Assembly: GCF_045120835.1 (NCBI RefSeq)
Contig: NZ_JBGVFE010000064.1
Span: 9,131 to 41,130 of the forward strand
Source of the DNA: Methanobrevibacter sp.
GTDB lineage: Archaea; Methanobacteriota; Methanobacteria; Methanobacteriales; Methanobacteriaceae
Length of the DNA stretch: 32,000 nt
Reading direction: 5' to 3'
Made by a program: the position numbers and the translations under genes. Shown here piece after piece: positions 8,704-18,421 of the stretch. The notes under the pieces were generated by a model. That model had not been told where the DNA came from. It worked only from the letters and a program-made list of their open reading frames with translations, and searched no databases. Numbering within the stretch: position 1 is the first letter of the stretch; each line of letters begins with the position of its first letter.

Positions 8704-10494
8704 ATGAAAATCAGATCCCCAATTGTATCAGTTTTAGGGCATGTAGACCATGGAAAAACTACATTGTTAGATTACATTAGAGGAAGTACCATTGCTGATA
8801 GAGAAGCAGGAGGTATTACACAACATATTGGTGCTACAGAAATCCCAAACGATACCATTGAAGAAATCTGTGGGAATTTTATATCCAAATTAACTATCAA
8901 AGATTTAATTCCAGGATTATTCTTTATTGATACTCCAGGGCATGCCGCATTTACCAGTTTAAGAAAACGTGGTGGATCTTTAGCTGATTTAGCTATTTTA
9001 ATTGTTGATATTAATGATGGTTTTAAACCACAAACATATGAGGCATTGAATATTCTTAAAATGTATAAAACTCCATTTATTGTTGTTGCAAACAAGATAG
9101 ATATGTTATTCGGTTGGGAAACACATGAAGGAGTTTCCTTTAAAGAATCTTTCAATCAGCAAGCTGCAAGTGTACAGCAAAATCTCGACACTAAAATTTA
9201 TGAGATTGTAGGTACACTTCACAAGGAGGGCTTCCAGTCTGAAAGATTTGACAGGGTAACAAATTTTGCTTCACAGATAAGTATCATTCCAATTAGTGCT
9301 AAATCCGGTGAAGGCATCATTGAGGTTTTAGCAATGCTTTTAGGACTTGCCCAACAGTACTTGACAGAGCAGCTTGAGATTAATGAAGATGCTCCGGCCA
9401 AGGGTACAGTATTGGAAATCAAGGAAGAAGTTGGCCTGGGTCTTACTATTGATAGTATTATTTATGATGGTGTTTTGCGAACTAATGATGAAATCGCTTT
9501 AATGACCTCTTCAAATGAGGTTTTAACAACTAAAATCCGATCTATTCTAAGACCGCTTCCACTTGAGGAAATGAGAGATTCTAAAAAGAAATTCCAAAAA
9601 TTTGATGAAGTGGTTGCAGCTGCAGGTATTAAGATAGCTGCCCCTAATTTAGATGATGTCGTTTCAGGCTCTCCGCTTAGGGTATTAAGTGAAAACGAAA
9701 ATGTGGAAGAGGAGCTCTTGAAAGAAATTGAGGACATCACTATCAGTACTGAAGATGAAGGTGTTTTAGTTAAAGCGGATACATTAGGTTCTCTTGAAGC
9801 TATTGTAAAATTGCTTAGAGAATTGGATATCCCTATTCGTGAAGCAGATATCGGTGATGTAAATCGTAGAGATATTATTAATTCATCAATTGCATTAAAT
9901 GAAGATGATGCACATGGAGCAATTATTGCATTTAATGTTAATGTTAATCCTAATTCAGTTGAGGATTTGGAAAATTCTGATATAAAACTCTTTCAGGGCG
10001 ATGTAATCTATCAGATTATTGAAGATTACGAAGCATGGATTGATGAAATGGAACAAGCTAAAAAGAAAGCGTTTTACGATGCCATTATCAAGCCTGCAAA
10101 ATTCATGTCATTGCCTAAACTCGTTTTCCGTCAAAGCAAACCGGCTATTATTGGAATCGAATCCATTAGCGGTACAATCAAACAAGGTCAAACATTAATT
10201 AATAAAAATGGCGAATATGTTGGTGTAATAGCAAGTATGGAAGATAAAGGTGAAACATTGCCTTCCATCCCTAGAGGTCAAAGGGTTGCTATGGCTATTA
10301 AAGATGCTATTGTTGGAAAGCATTTCGATGAAGGGGACGAATTATATGTTGATGTTCCTGAAAAACATTATAAGTTCATTGAAAGAGAGTTCAAAGAAAA
10401 ATTAACAGAAGATGAATTTGAAACTTTATATGAGTTTTTAGAAATCAAACGTAAACAAGATCCAGATTGGGGTAAATTTGGTCTTTTTGAATAA
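8704..10494 (+). CDS. infB: Translation initiation factor aIF5B (IF-2)
   Basis: The GTPase motifs are [17 protein letters not shown] and NKID. The 596-aa product has the domain order typical of archaeal aIF5B and no intein. Confidence 0.93.
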   Translation: MKIRSPIVSVLGHVDHGKTTLLDYIRGSTIADREAGGITQHIGATEIPNDTIEEICGNFISKLTIKDLIPGLFFIDTPGHAAFTSLRKRGGSLADLAILIVDINDGFKPQTYEALNILKMYKTPFIVVANKIDMLFGWETHEGVSFKESFNQQAASVQQNLDTKIYEIVGTLHKEGFQSERFDRVTNFASQISIIPISAKSGEGIIEVLAMLLGLAQQYLTEQLEINEDAPAKGTVLEIKEEVGLGLTIDSIIYDGVLRTNDEIALMTSSNEVLTTKIRSILRPLPLEEMRDSKKKFQKFDEVVAAAGIKIAAPNLDDVVSGSPLRVLSENENVEEELLKEIEDITISTEDEGVLVKADTLGSLEAIVKLLRELDIPIREADIGDVNRRDIINSSIALNEDDAHGAIIAFNVNVNPNSVEDLENSDIKLFQGDVIYQIIEDYEAWIDEMEQAKKKAFYDAIIKPAKFMSLPKLVFRQSKPAIIGIESISGTIKQGQTLINKNGEYVGVIASMEDKGETLPSIPRGQRVAMAIKDAIVGKHFDEGDELYVDVPEKHYKFIEREFKEKLTEDEFETLYEFLEIKRKQDPDWGKFGLFE

Positions 10495-10528
10495 TAAATT
10501 ATTGTTATAAAAATTATGGAGGAATACC

Positions 10529-10912
10529 ATGGCATTCAAAATTGTTGTGTCTCAAAAAGCTGAAACTCATCAAATGGAAGTCGAAGATACTAAAGCTTTA
10601 AACGGTTTAGTTATCGGGGATGAATTTGATGGTGCTATCGTTGGTTTAGATGGTTACACATTAAAAATTACTGGTGGTAGTGATAAAAATGGTTTTACCA
10701 TGAAAAAAGATGTTTCTGGTACTAGAAGAATAAAAAGTTTATTAACTGGTGGTACCGGTTATCATCCTAAAGCAGATGGTGTAAAAAGAAGAAAAACCGT
10801 AAGAGGAAACACTATTGCTGATGATATTGTACAAATCAACACTGTAGTTACTGAAGCTGGAAGCAAATCAATAGCTGAAATTCTTGGTGCTGGTGAAGAA
10901 GAGGAAGAATAG
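10529..10912 (+). CDS. rps6e: 30S ribosomal protein S6e
   Basis: Motifs are FKIVVSQK, ITGGSDKNGFTMKKDV and GVKRRKTVRGN, followed by an acidic tail. Confidence 0.9.
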   Translation: MAFKIVVSQKAETHQMEVEDTKALNGLVIGDEFDGAIVGLDGYTLKITGGSDKNGFTMKKDVSGTRRIKSLLTGGTGYHPKADGVKRRKTVRGNTIADDIVQINTVVTEAGSKSIAEILGAGEEEEE

Positions 10913-10972
10913 TTCTACTATTTTCCTTATTAACTTTATGTTGAATTAAAATTATAAAAAAGGTGGTTATCT

Positions 10973-12187
10973 GTGAACGTACAGTCAGATGTTAACATAG
11001 GTTTGGTTGGTCATGTAGACCATGGTAAGACTACTCTTACTAAAGCATTATCAGGTGTTTGGACTGATACTCACAGTGAAGAAACAAAAAGAGGTATTTC
11101 AATTCGTTTAGGTTATGCAGACATTGAATTTAGAAAATGTCCTGAGTGCGATGAACCTGAATGTTACACTACTTCTGAAAAATGTGAAAACTGTGGTAGC
11201 GAAACCGAATTGATAAGAAAAGTATCATTTGTTGATGCTCCAGGTCACGAAACTCTTATGGCAACTATGTTATCTGGTGCTGCAATTATGGATGGTGCAG
11301 TGTTAGTTATTGCTGCAAATGAGTCTTGTCCACAACCACAAACTAAAGAGCATCTTATGGCACTTGATGTAATCGGTGTTAAAGATGTTATCGTAGTTCA
11401 AAATAAAATTGACATTGTTTCAAAAGAAAGAGCTATTGAAAGTTATAATGAAATAAAGGAATTTGTTAAAGGTACTTGTGCTGAAGATGCTTTAATAATA
11501 CCAGTATCTGCTCAACAAGGCGCTAACATGGATATATTAATTGAAGCTATGCTTAAGCAAATTCAACCTCCTGAAAGGAATGTTGATGATTCTGCTTTAA
11601 TGCATGTTGCAAGATCATTTGATATTAACAAGCCAGGTTCAGGCGCTGACAAGATTAAAGGCGGTGTTATTGGTGGTACATTAGTCCAAGGAACTTTCAA
11701 ACTTGGCGATACCATTGAAATTAGACCTGGCCCTACCAATAATGGTAAAAGGGTTACATTAAAATCAGAAATTATAGGTCTTGAAGCTAATGGTAAGCAA
11801 GTTGATGAAATAGGTCCAGGAGGTCTTGTTGGTATTGCAACCAAATTGGATCCATCTCTAACCAAATCAGATTCATTGTCTGGAACCGTTGCAGGTGAAG
11901 AGGATTCTTTACCTGAAGTGTTGGACAGTTTCACAATGGAAGCCAATTTACTTGATCGTGTTGTAGGTACTAAAGAAGAAAGAGATGTGGCTCCAATAAA
12001 GATTAAAGAGCCATTAATGATTAATTGCGGTACTACAACTACCATTGGTGTTGTAACTTCTGCAAAGAAAAATGACGTTGATGTCACTCTTAAATTACCT
12101 GTCTGTGCAAGTCCGGGTGATAGAGTCGCTTTAAGTCGTAGAGTCGGTGCTCGTTGGAGATTAATCGGTTACGGTATTATTAAGTAG
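10973..12187 (+). CDS. eif2g: Translation initiation factor aIF2 gamma subunit
   Basis: A GTG start follows AGGTGG. Motifs are [10 protein letters not shown], a zinc ribbon [10 protein letters not shown]...CENCG, DAPGHE and QNKID. Confidence 0.93.
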   Translation: MNVQSDVNIGLVGHVDHGKTTLTKALSGVWTDTHSEETKRGISIRLGYADIEFRKCPECDEPECYTTSEKCENCGSETELIRKVSFVDAPGHETLMATMLSGAAIMDGAVLVIAANESCPQPQTKEHLMALDVIGVKDVIVVQNKIDIVSKERAIESYNEIKEFVKGTCAEDALIIPVSAQQGANMDILIEAMLKQIQPPERNVDDSALMHVARSFDINKPGSGADKIKGGVIGGTLVQGTFKLGDTIEIRPGPTNNGKRVTLKSEIIGLEANGKQVDEIGPGGLVGIATKLDPSLTKSDSLSGTVAGEEDSLPEVLDSFTMEANLLDRVVGTKEERDVAPIKIKEPLMINCGTTTTIGVVTSAKKNDVDVTLKLPVCASPGDRVALSRRVGARWRLIGYGIIK

Positions 12188-12196
12188 AGGTAAATA

Positions 12197-12589
12197 ATGA
12201 ACTCTAAAGAAGTTGTGATTGATACCAATTTTTTTATGGTTCCTTTTCAGTTCAATGTTGATATAATCGATGAACTTGAAAATTCATTACCTTCTTATAA
12301 ATTAACTACTCCAAGCTTTGTTATCAATGAATTGAAGGGTTTAAAAAATAATAATAAAGGAAAGATAAGGCAAAATGCAAATTTGGCCTTAAAGTTAGCT
12401 AATTCTTCAAAAGTTGAAATAAAGGATATTTCATTACTTGAAAATGAAACTGTGGATGATGCGTTACTTAGAGTTTCAGAAGTTTTAGCTACAAACGATA
12501 TTGAATTAAAAAATCGTGCAAAAAATAAAGGAATAACGGTCGTATATCTGAGGCAAAAAAGATATATTGCTGTTGATGGTAATATATAA
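12197..12589 (+). CDS. PIN-domain protein (Fcf1/Utp23-like, COG1412-type), conserved partner of aIF2-gamma
   Basis: Shows the VIDTNFFM N-terminal acidic PIN signature and DDALL and ATND motifs. The position between eif2g and rpoE' is conserved in archaea. Confidence 0.7.
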   Translation: MNSKEVVIDTNFFMVPFQFNVDIIDELENSLPSYKLTTPSFVINELKGLKNNNKGKIRQNANLALKLANSSKVEIKDISLLENETVDDALLRVSEVLATNDIELKNRAKNKGITVVYLRQKRYIAVDGNI

Positions 12590-12625
12590 TATTAATTAAA
12601 CTTATTAAAAAAATGAGGGATTATT

Positions 12626-13204
12626 TTGTATTATAAAACAAAAATTAAGGATACTGTAAGAATACCACCTTACAGATTTGAAAGTCCTCTCGAAGAGGTT
12701 GCTATTCAGACTTTAAACGAAACCTATGAAGGTCGTTTAGATAAAAAACTTGGTTTACTTATTTGTGTTAATGCAATAGATGAAATTAAGGAAGGAAGAC
12801 TCATTATGGGTGACGGTGCTTCATATCATAATGTAACTTTCGAAGCAATTTTCTTTAAACCAGAGCAACATGAAATCTTTAATGGTGAAGTGATTGATAT
12901 TGTTGATTACGGTGCTTTTGTAAGAATCGGAGCTATGGATGGTTTAATCCACGTTTCTCAAGTTACTGATGATTATATCAATTATGATGCTAAAAGAGGA
13001 GCTTTAATAGCAAAAGAATCTAATAAAACTTTAGATGTTGGCGATTTAGTTAGAGCTCGTGCAGTTAGTGTTTCTATTAAGGACGAGTCTACCAATAATA
13101 TTGACAATAGTAGGAATTCTAAGATTCCTCTTACTATGAGGCAAAACAATTTAGGTAGATTCGAATGGATTGAAGAAGCAAAACAAAAAAGTAAGAAGGC
13201 TTAA
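12626..13204 (+). CDS. rpoE: DNA-directed RNA polymerase subunit E' (Rpo7), S1 domain
   Basis: A TTG start follows GAGGGA. The S1 fold segment reads [27 protein letters not shown], and the N-terminal Rpb7-like domain is present. Confidence 0.88.
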   Translation: MYYKTKIKDTVRIPPYRFESPLEEVAIQTLNETYEGRLDKKLGLLICVNAIDEIKEGRLIMGDGASYHNVTFEAIFFKPEQHEIFNGEVIDIVDYGAFVRIGAMDGLIHVSQVTDDYINYDAKRGALIAKESNKTLDVGDLVRARAVSVSIKDESTNNIDNSRNSKIPLTMRQNNLGRFEWIEEAKQKSKKA

Positions 13205-13206
13205 TC

Positions 13207-13383
13207 ATGAAAGCGTGTACAGTTTGTAAAATGATTTCAAGTAAAGATCATTGTCCTAGTTGTGGGAATCCTACCTCCGATAACTGGAGCGGTCTTTTAA
13301 TAATAACTGATCCTGAAGAGTCTAAAATTGCTCGTGAATTGAATATTGAAATTCCAGGCGAATATTGTTTAAGAGTAAGATAG
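13207..13383 (+). CDS. spt4: Transcription elongation factor Spt4 / RNAP subunit E'' (not in the supplied ORF track, 58 aa)
   Basis: Hand translation gives MKACTVCKMISSKDHCPSCGNPTSDNWSGLLIITDPEESKIARELNIEIPGEYCLRVR. This is a Cys4 zinc ribbon plus the W.G..II.DP.S.IA motif of archaeal Spt4. Confidence 0.88.
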   Translation: MKACTVCKMISSKDHCPSCGNPTSDNWSGLLIITDPEESKIARELNIEIPGEYCLRVR

Positions 13384-13394
13384 AGGGGTTTTTG

Positions 13395-13910
13395 GTGTTA
13401 CGTTTAGATGCAGAATTAAATAAAGATATAATAGCCGAGCTTAAAAAGCCTTTAGGTAAATTATATCCTGACTTTGAAGATGCTATTGATGAAATTAAAT
13501 CTTCTGAGTTTTTAATTTCTGTTGGTGATGCAACTTTTGCCAATCTTACCAAATACAAATTATATCCTAATATAGGTATAATAGATAATCTAATTCAAAG
13601 AAAAAATCATACTCATGAAATTATACGTGCAAATCATATTCTGAAAGTTGATAATCCTGCCGGAACTATTACTGATGATCTATGGGAAACCATAGGCGAA
13701 GCTCTTCGATTATCTGACAGTGGCGAATGTTATGTAATTGAGGTGGCAGGGGAAGAAGATCTTGCAGTTCTTCCTTGCATCTTAATGGCAAATCCGGAAA
13801 CTACCATTTTATATGGTCAGCCTAATGAAGGATTAGTGCTTTTGAAAGCTTGTGATTTGACAAATAAAGCTCAAATGCTTATTGACGGATTTATTGAAAT
13901 AAACGAATGA
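13395..13910 (+). CDS. DUF359 / COG1909 protein, archaeal GTP-dependent dephospho-CoA kinase family
   Basis: Motifs are ISVGDATFANL, GIIDNLIQRK, VDNPAGTIT and EVAGEEDLAVLP. I prefer the GTG at 13395, 6 nt after GAGGGG. The track ATG at 13365 would overlap spt4. Confidence 0.7.
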   Translation: MLRLDAELNKDIIAELKKPLGKLYPDFEDAIDEIKSSEFLISVGDATFANLTKYKLYPNIGIIDNLIQRKNHTHEIIRANHILKVDNPAGTITDDLWETIGEALRLSDSGECYVIEVAGEEDLAVLPCILMANPETTILYGQPNEGLVLLKACDLTNKAQMLIDGFIEINE

Positions 13911-13919
13911 GGTTTTATC

Positions 13920-14243
13920 ATGGAAATTGAATTTATTGAAGAAAAAGAAAATAAATTATTTAACAGAAAAGAAATTAAATTTTATGTTGATTATGATGGA
14001 GAAGCAACTCCTAAAGTGTTAGACATTAAATCAAAATTAGTTGCTTTATTAGACACTAAAAAAGATTTAATCGTTGTTGACAATGTACAACCACACTACG
14101 GCGAACCTAAAGCATTAGGTTATGCTAAAGTTTATGGAACTGTTGATGATTTAGCTTACATCGAAACCGAACATGTAATCGCTAAAAATGCTGAACCTGA
14201 AGAAGAACCTGCGGATGAAGAAGAAGCAGAAGCAGAAGAATAG
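13920..14243 (+). CDS. rps24e: 30S ribosomal protein S24e
   Basis: Motifs are NKLFNRKEIKF, VVDNVQPHYG and GYAKVY, followed by an acidic C-terminal tail. Confidence 0.9.
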   Translation: MEIEFIEEKENKLFNRKEIKFYVDYDGEATPKVLDIKSKLVALLDTKKDLIVVDNVQPHYGEPKALGYAKVYGTVDDLAYIETEHVIAKNAEPEEEPADEEEAEAEE

Positions 14244-14252
14244 GTGATTTTA

Positions 14253-14405
14253 ATGGTAAAAAAATCTGATTTATACGAAGTAGATGGAGACAAAATTGTA
14301 AGAAAAAACCAAATTTGTCCTCGTTGTGGTGAAGGTGTATTCATGGCTGACCATGGTGACAGAGTTGCTTGTGGTAAATGCGGATACACTGAAATGAAAA
14401 AATAG
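14253..14405 (+). CDS. rps27ae: 30S ribosomal protein S27ae (not in the supplied ORF track, 50 aa)
   Basis: Hand translation gives [50 protein letters not shown]. This is the Cys4 ribbon typical of S27ae. Confidence 0.88.
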   Translation: MVKKSDLYEVDGDKIVRKNQICPRCGEGVFMADHGDRVACGKCGYTEMKK

Positions 14406-14460
14406 ATTTATTATAAATCTTCATTTCTTTTTTTATTATTTTTTATTTTTAATTATTTTT
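14404..14460 (+). terminator. Hairpin plus multiple oligo-T runs ending the ribosomal superoperon
   Basis: A 7-bp stem AGATTTA/TAAATCT (14404-14420) is followed by T7, T6 and T5 runs up to 14460. Confidence 0.5.
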
Positions 14461-14474
14461 AAGAAGGGATTTTC

Positions 14475-15896
14475 TTGGATAATATTAGAAATGGTCGTTT
14501 TAAGACTGGAATGACTGATGAAGCAGCTGAATACACTTCATCTTTTGATGCTGACAAATATCTTTTTGAAGCAGATATTAAAACTAATTTTGCACACACT
14601 TCAATGTTGAAACATGAGGGCATCATTGACGGCGAAATTGCCGATAAAATTTTATGCGCTCTTGATAATCTTAAAGAGGAAGGTTTTGATGCATTGGTAT
14701 TTGACCCCTCTGTTGAAGATGTTCATATGGCTATTGAGAATTATGTGACCTCTAAAATAGGTCCTGAAGCCGGTTTTATGCATACTGCAAAATCACGTAA
14801 TGATCAGGTTGCCTGTGATGTCAGGCTGGTTTTACGTGAAATGATTGAGGAAATTCAGATTGGCATTTTGGAATTTATTGAGGGTCTTGTTGAAATGGCT
14901 GGAGAACACCTTGAAGATGTGTTCATCGGTTTTACCCACCTGCAGCATGCTCAGCCAATTACGATTGCTCATCATTTGATGGCTCATGTTCAGGCATTAA
15001 AAAGGGATTATGAACGTTTGGCAGATACATATAAACGTGTCAATTTGAATCCTTTGGGTTCTGCTGCAATGGCCACAACCAGTTTTCCAATCAACAGGCA
15101 GTTAACCACCGATTTGCTCGGTTTTGATGCATACTTGGAAAACTCTATGGATGGCGTATCAGCAAGGGATTTTATTTCTGAAACAGTCTTTGACCTGGTG
15201 GCGCTTTCATCAACACTTGCCAAAATCTGTGAAGAGCTGGTATTGTGGAGCACTTATGAATTTGGCGTTATTGAAATGGCCGATGAGTATTCATCAACTT
15301 CTTCTATTATGCCTCAAAAGAAAAACCCTGATGTGGCTGAACTTGCAAGAGGAAAAACCAGCATCGCTACCGGTGAGCTGATGACCATATTGACTATCCT
15401 TAAGGCCATTCCTTATACTTACAATAGGGATTTGCAGGAAATCACTCCTCACTTGTGGAATGCGGTAAATGTTACTCGTGACACATTGTCCATCGTAACC
15501 AAAATGATGCTGTCCGTTGAGTTTAAGGTTGACAGGTGCGCTGAACTTGCAGGCAAGAACTTTGCCACTGCAACTGATCTTGCAGACATTATGGTTCGTG
15601 AAAAGTCCATTCCTTTCAGAACTGCTCACAAGATTGTCGGAAGGATTGTCAACGAAGCAACTGCCAATGATATGGCAGAGGAAGACATTACATCCCAATT
15701 CATTGATGACATTGCAGTGGAGTTAGGATTTGATGAATTGAATCTCAATGATGATTTGATTCAAAGGGCTTTAAATCCTCGTGAAAATGTCAGGATTAGG
15801 GCTGTTCCGGGCGGTCCTGCACCGGAAATGGTTGAAGTTGCTCGAGATAACATTAAAAATTTCTTGAATGAAGAGTTTGAGAAAAAGGGAATTTAA
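14475..15896 (+). CDS. argH: Argininosuccinate lyase
   Basis: TTG start. The fumarate-lyase signature is [11 protein letters not shown]. Motifs SRNDQV and HLQHAQP are also present. The product is 473 aa. Confidence 0.92.
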   Translation: MDNIRNGRFKTGMTDEAAEYTSSFDADKYLFEADIKTNFAHTSMLKHEGIIDGEIADKILCALDNLKEEGFDALVFDPSVEDVHMAIENYVTSKIGPEAGFMHTAKSRNDQVACDVRLVLREMIEEIQIGILEFIEGLVEMAGEHLEDVFIGFTHLQHAQPITIAHHLMAHVQALKRDYERLADTYKRVNLNPLGSAAMATTSFPINRQLTTDLLGFDAYLENSMDGVSARDFISETVFDLVALSSTLAKICEELVLWSTYEFGVIEMADEYSSTSSIMPQKKNPDVAELARGKTSIATGELMTILTILKAIPYTYNRDLQEITPHLWNAVNVTRDTLSIVTKMMLSVEFKVDRCAELAGKNFATATDLADIMVREKSIPFRTAHKIVGRIVNEATANDMAEEDITSQFIDDIAVELGFDELNLNDDLIQRALNPRENVRIRAVPGGPAPEMVEVARDNIKNFLNEEFEKKGI

Positions 15897-16100
15897 CTAT
15901 CCCTATATTTTTTCTTTTGAAATTATTTAGGCATACCTAAACTTTAAATACTTTGTCAGACAATATACTATTGCTGATATACTTTTTGATAATTCAGTAT
16001 GATTGATGGTTTGACATTAGTGGAAACTTATTGTTTGTTACTCAACGATTAAATAAGTATAGCTCAGCTTCCATTATTGTCATTTTCTATTAATCATATC

Positions 16101-17114
16101 TTATTTTGTCTTATAAAAACTCCAAATTAGGTCAAGAGCCTCGCCGGGTTCAAGTGCACCTGAACGGGTTTCTCTAAGTATTCGTTGGATGGAAAATTTC
16201 TTCATATGGGGGAACTTTCTGTGAACCTCATAAAGAAGCGGACAGCCGAATCCCTTAAATGTCATTAAATCATAGTTTTTGATTAAGGATTTTATCTCTT
16301 GTTTGCCAACACTTAAACTTGCCGGAAGGTTCAGTCGATATAATGAATCCTCCTGTAAATTTATGCATTGGCTGCCAGTTGCAAGCATATCACCAAAGAT
16401 AATTATTGGAATTTTGTTATCTTTTGCATATTTTTTGACTAGCTCTCCGGTGCTTTTGGAACATCTTCCGCAAGGGTGGACGCTGCCGGCAAATGATTCG
16501 GAAATAACCTCTGAATAGTCTGCCGCTATATATTCATGATTAATCTCAAGGGTTTCAGTAACCAATTTGATATTTTTCTTAAATTGGTTAGGCAGAATGA
16601 TAGTTCCCGGATCAACCGTAACGGCAACAGGATTGAAACCTAACTTTTTAGCCAAAATAAGCGAAAAGCTACTGTCAACGCCGCCGGATAGTGCAACAAC
16701 AGCTTCAGTCTTTTCAGATTCTTCAAATGAATTTTCACTAAAATATGCATCAAAATTAAAGCTGTAAATGTTGTCAAGTTTATTGGCAATAGTAAATTCC
16801 AGGTTTCTAAGTCCAACCAAATCCAAATCGAGATTATGGATAGTTTTTTTGGATAATTTCAACTTATAGTTCTTGTTTAAAAAGTCCCCATAGCTTTCAA
16901 CATGTATGCTATTGAGGCCTAATTTTTCACGTAGTTTCCCGACTACCCATCCACCCTTTCCAATAATGGCTGATTTGTCGGGTCGGTCTTCGGTAATAAT
17001 CCACAGTTCATTATTTTCAAAGTAAATTTCCTCAATGGAAATATTTACTTTGTCATGGCCGATTTCCTCCCTTATGAGGTTTACTTCACTTAAAATAAAT
17101 TCTTTGGTGTACAT
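16101..17114 (-). CDS. KH-domain + PP-loop ATP pyrophosphatase family protein (predicted RNA-modifying/thiolation-type enzyme, specificity unknown)
   Basis: The N-terminal KH GXXG motif is IIGKGGWVVGKLREKLGL. The PP-loop is ALSGGVDSS. Downstream Cys motifs are HPCGRCSKS and GFGCP. Confidence 0.75.
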   Translation of the reverse strand: MYTKEFILSEVNLIREEIGHDKVNISIEEIYFENNELWIITEDRPDKSAIIGKGGWVVGKLREKLGLNSIHVESYGDFLNKNYKLKLSKKTIHNLDLDLVGLRNLEFTIANKLDNIYSFNFDAYFSENSFEESEKTEAVVALSGGVDSSFSLILAKKLGFNPVAVTVDPGTIILPNQFKKNIKLVTETLEINHEYIAADYSEVISESFAGSVHPCGRCSKSTGELVKKYAKDNKIPIIIFGDMLATGSQCINLQEDSLYRLNLPASLSVGKQEIKSLIKNYDLMTFKGFGCPLLYEVHRKFPHMKKFSIQRILRETRSGALEPGEALDLIWSFYKTK

Positions 17115-17213
17115 TATACATCTAATATTAATTTTTGTTTTTTTTAGTATAAATGATTAATCAAAGAAAATTTTAAGAATTATTTTGACAAATATAATGG
17201 TGAGGGAATTTAG

Positions 17214-18362
17214 ATGAAATATAGAAAATTGGGCAGTACAGGAATTGAAGTATCTGAAATAGCATTCGGAGCTGAATTTTTGGTTGAGAGGCCTTATGAA
17301 GATACTGAAGAATTAATAAGGGCATGTGAAGAAAATGGAATTAACTTTGTTGACTGCTGGATGAGTGAACCGGATGTGCGCTCACATTTGGGCCGTGCAA
17401 TCAGGGACAATCGTGAAAATTGGGTTATTCAGGGCCACATAGGATCAACATGGCAGAACAATCAGTATGTAAGAACACGTGAAATGGATAAGGTAATTCC
17501 GGCATTTGAAGATTTTATGGAACGTTTTCAAATAGATACGCTTGATTTCGGCATGATACATTATGTCGACCAGATTGAGGATTATAATGAAATAATGGAA
17601 GGGCCATTCATCGAATATGTTCGCAAGCTAAAGGAGGAAGGGACAATCGCCCACATCGGACTGAGTACACACAATCCGGACATTGGAATCCTTGCGGCTG
17701 AAAACCCTGAAATTGAACTTCTGATGTTTTCAATTAATCCTGCATTTGACTTATTCGGACCCATGGATGATATTGAGGAATATCGAAAAGACAATGCATA
17801 TGATAACGATTTGTCAGGCTTAAATCCCCTCAGGGCTGAAATTTATGAAACATGCCAGGCAAATGGTACAGCACTGACAGTAATGAAGGGATTTGCCGGA
17901 GGCAATCTATTGTCAGATGAAACTTCGCCCTTTGGAGTTGGCCTAACGCCGATTCAATGCATTCATTATGCACTGGAGCAGAAAGGAGTATCAAGCATAT
18001 TTGTCGGTGTAAAAACTGTTGCTGAGCTGATGGAATCCTTGAAATATTGTGATGCAACCGATGCAGAAAAGGATTATGCGGAAGTACTGAAAAATGCTCC
18101 AAAACATTCATTTGAAGGGCAATGCACCTACTGCGGGCACTGTGCTCCATGCACTTCAGAAATTGATATTGCAATGGTCAATAAACTGTTTGATTTGGCA
18201 AAAAATCATGATGAGGTTCCTGCAAGTATTCAGGAGCATTATAATAATCTAAAATTCAATGCAACTGATTGTATTGCATGTGGAGACTGTGAACCAAGAT
18301 GTCCGTTTAATGTCCATATTGTGGATGTAATGCTTGATGCACAGGATTTATTCGGGTTTTAG
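17214..18362 (+). CDS. Aldo/keto reductase family oxidoreductase with C-terminal 2x[4Fe-4S]-type Cys clusters
   Basis: The AKR-like N-terminus reads YRKLGSTGIEVSEIAFG. The C-terminal clusters are CTYCGHCAPC and CIACGDCEPRCP. Confidence 0.85.
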   Translation: MKYRKLGSTGIEVSEIAFGAEFLVERPYEDTEELIRACEENGINFVDCWMSEPDVRSHLGRAIRDNRENWVIQGHIGSTWQNNQYVRTREMDKVIPAFEDFMERFQIDTLDFGMIHYVDQIEDYNEIMEGPFIEYVRKLKEEGTIAHIGLSTHNPDIGILAAENPEIELLMFSINPAFDLFGPMDDIEEYRKDNAYDNDLSGLNPLRAEIYETCQANGTALTVMKGFAGGNLLSDETSPFGVGLTPIQCIHYALEQKGVSSIFVGVKTVAELMESLKYCDATDAEKDYAEVLKNAPKHSFEGQCTYCGHCAPCTSEIDIAMVNKLFDLAKNHDEVPASIQEHYNNLKFNATDCIACGDCEPRCPFNVHIVDVMLDAQDLFGF

Positions 18363-18421
18363 GAAAAAAAATATCTGATAATTTAATATAAATCATATAA
18401 CAAATACTTTAAGTGATTATT

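Noticed and set aside
12197-12589. The PIN-domain gene as a possible VapC toxin of a toxin-antitoxin pair.
   Set aside because: No small antitoxin ORF lies upstream. The gene sits in the conserved eif2g-PIN-rpoE' position of the archaeal superoperon. This points to an Fcf1/Utp23-like housekeeping RNA-processing role.
13365-13394. The track start (ATG at 13365) for the DUF359 gene.
   Set aside because: It would overlap the last 19 nt of spt4 and has no SD. The GTG at 13395 follows GAGGGG at 6 nt. The choice remains uncertain and needs N-terminal alignment with orthologues.
16058-16068. The tRNA-like D-arm string TATAGCTCAGC in the argH / PP-loop convergent spacer.
   Set aside because: The flanking sequence is AT-rich and cannot form an acceptor stem. 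No GTTCRANYC T-loop lies within 60 nt, and there is no anticodon stem. This is a chance match.
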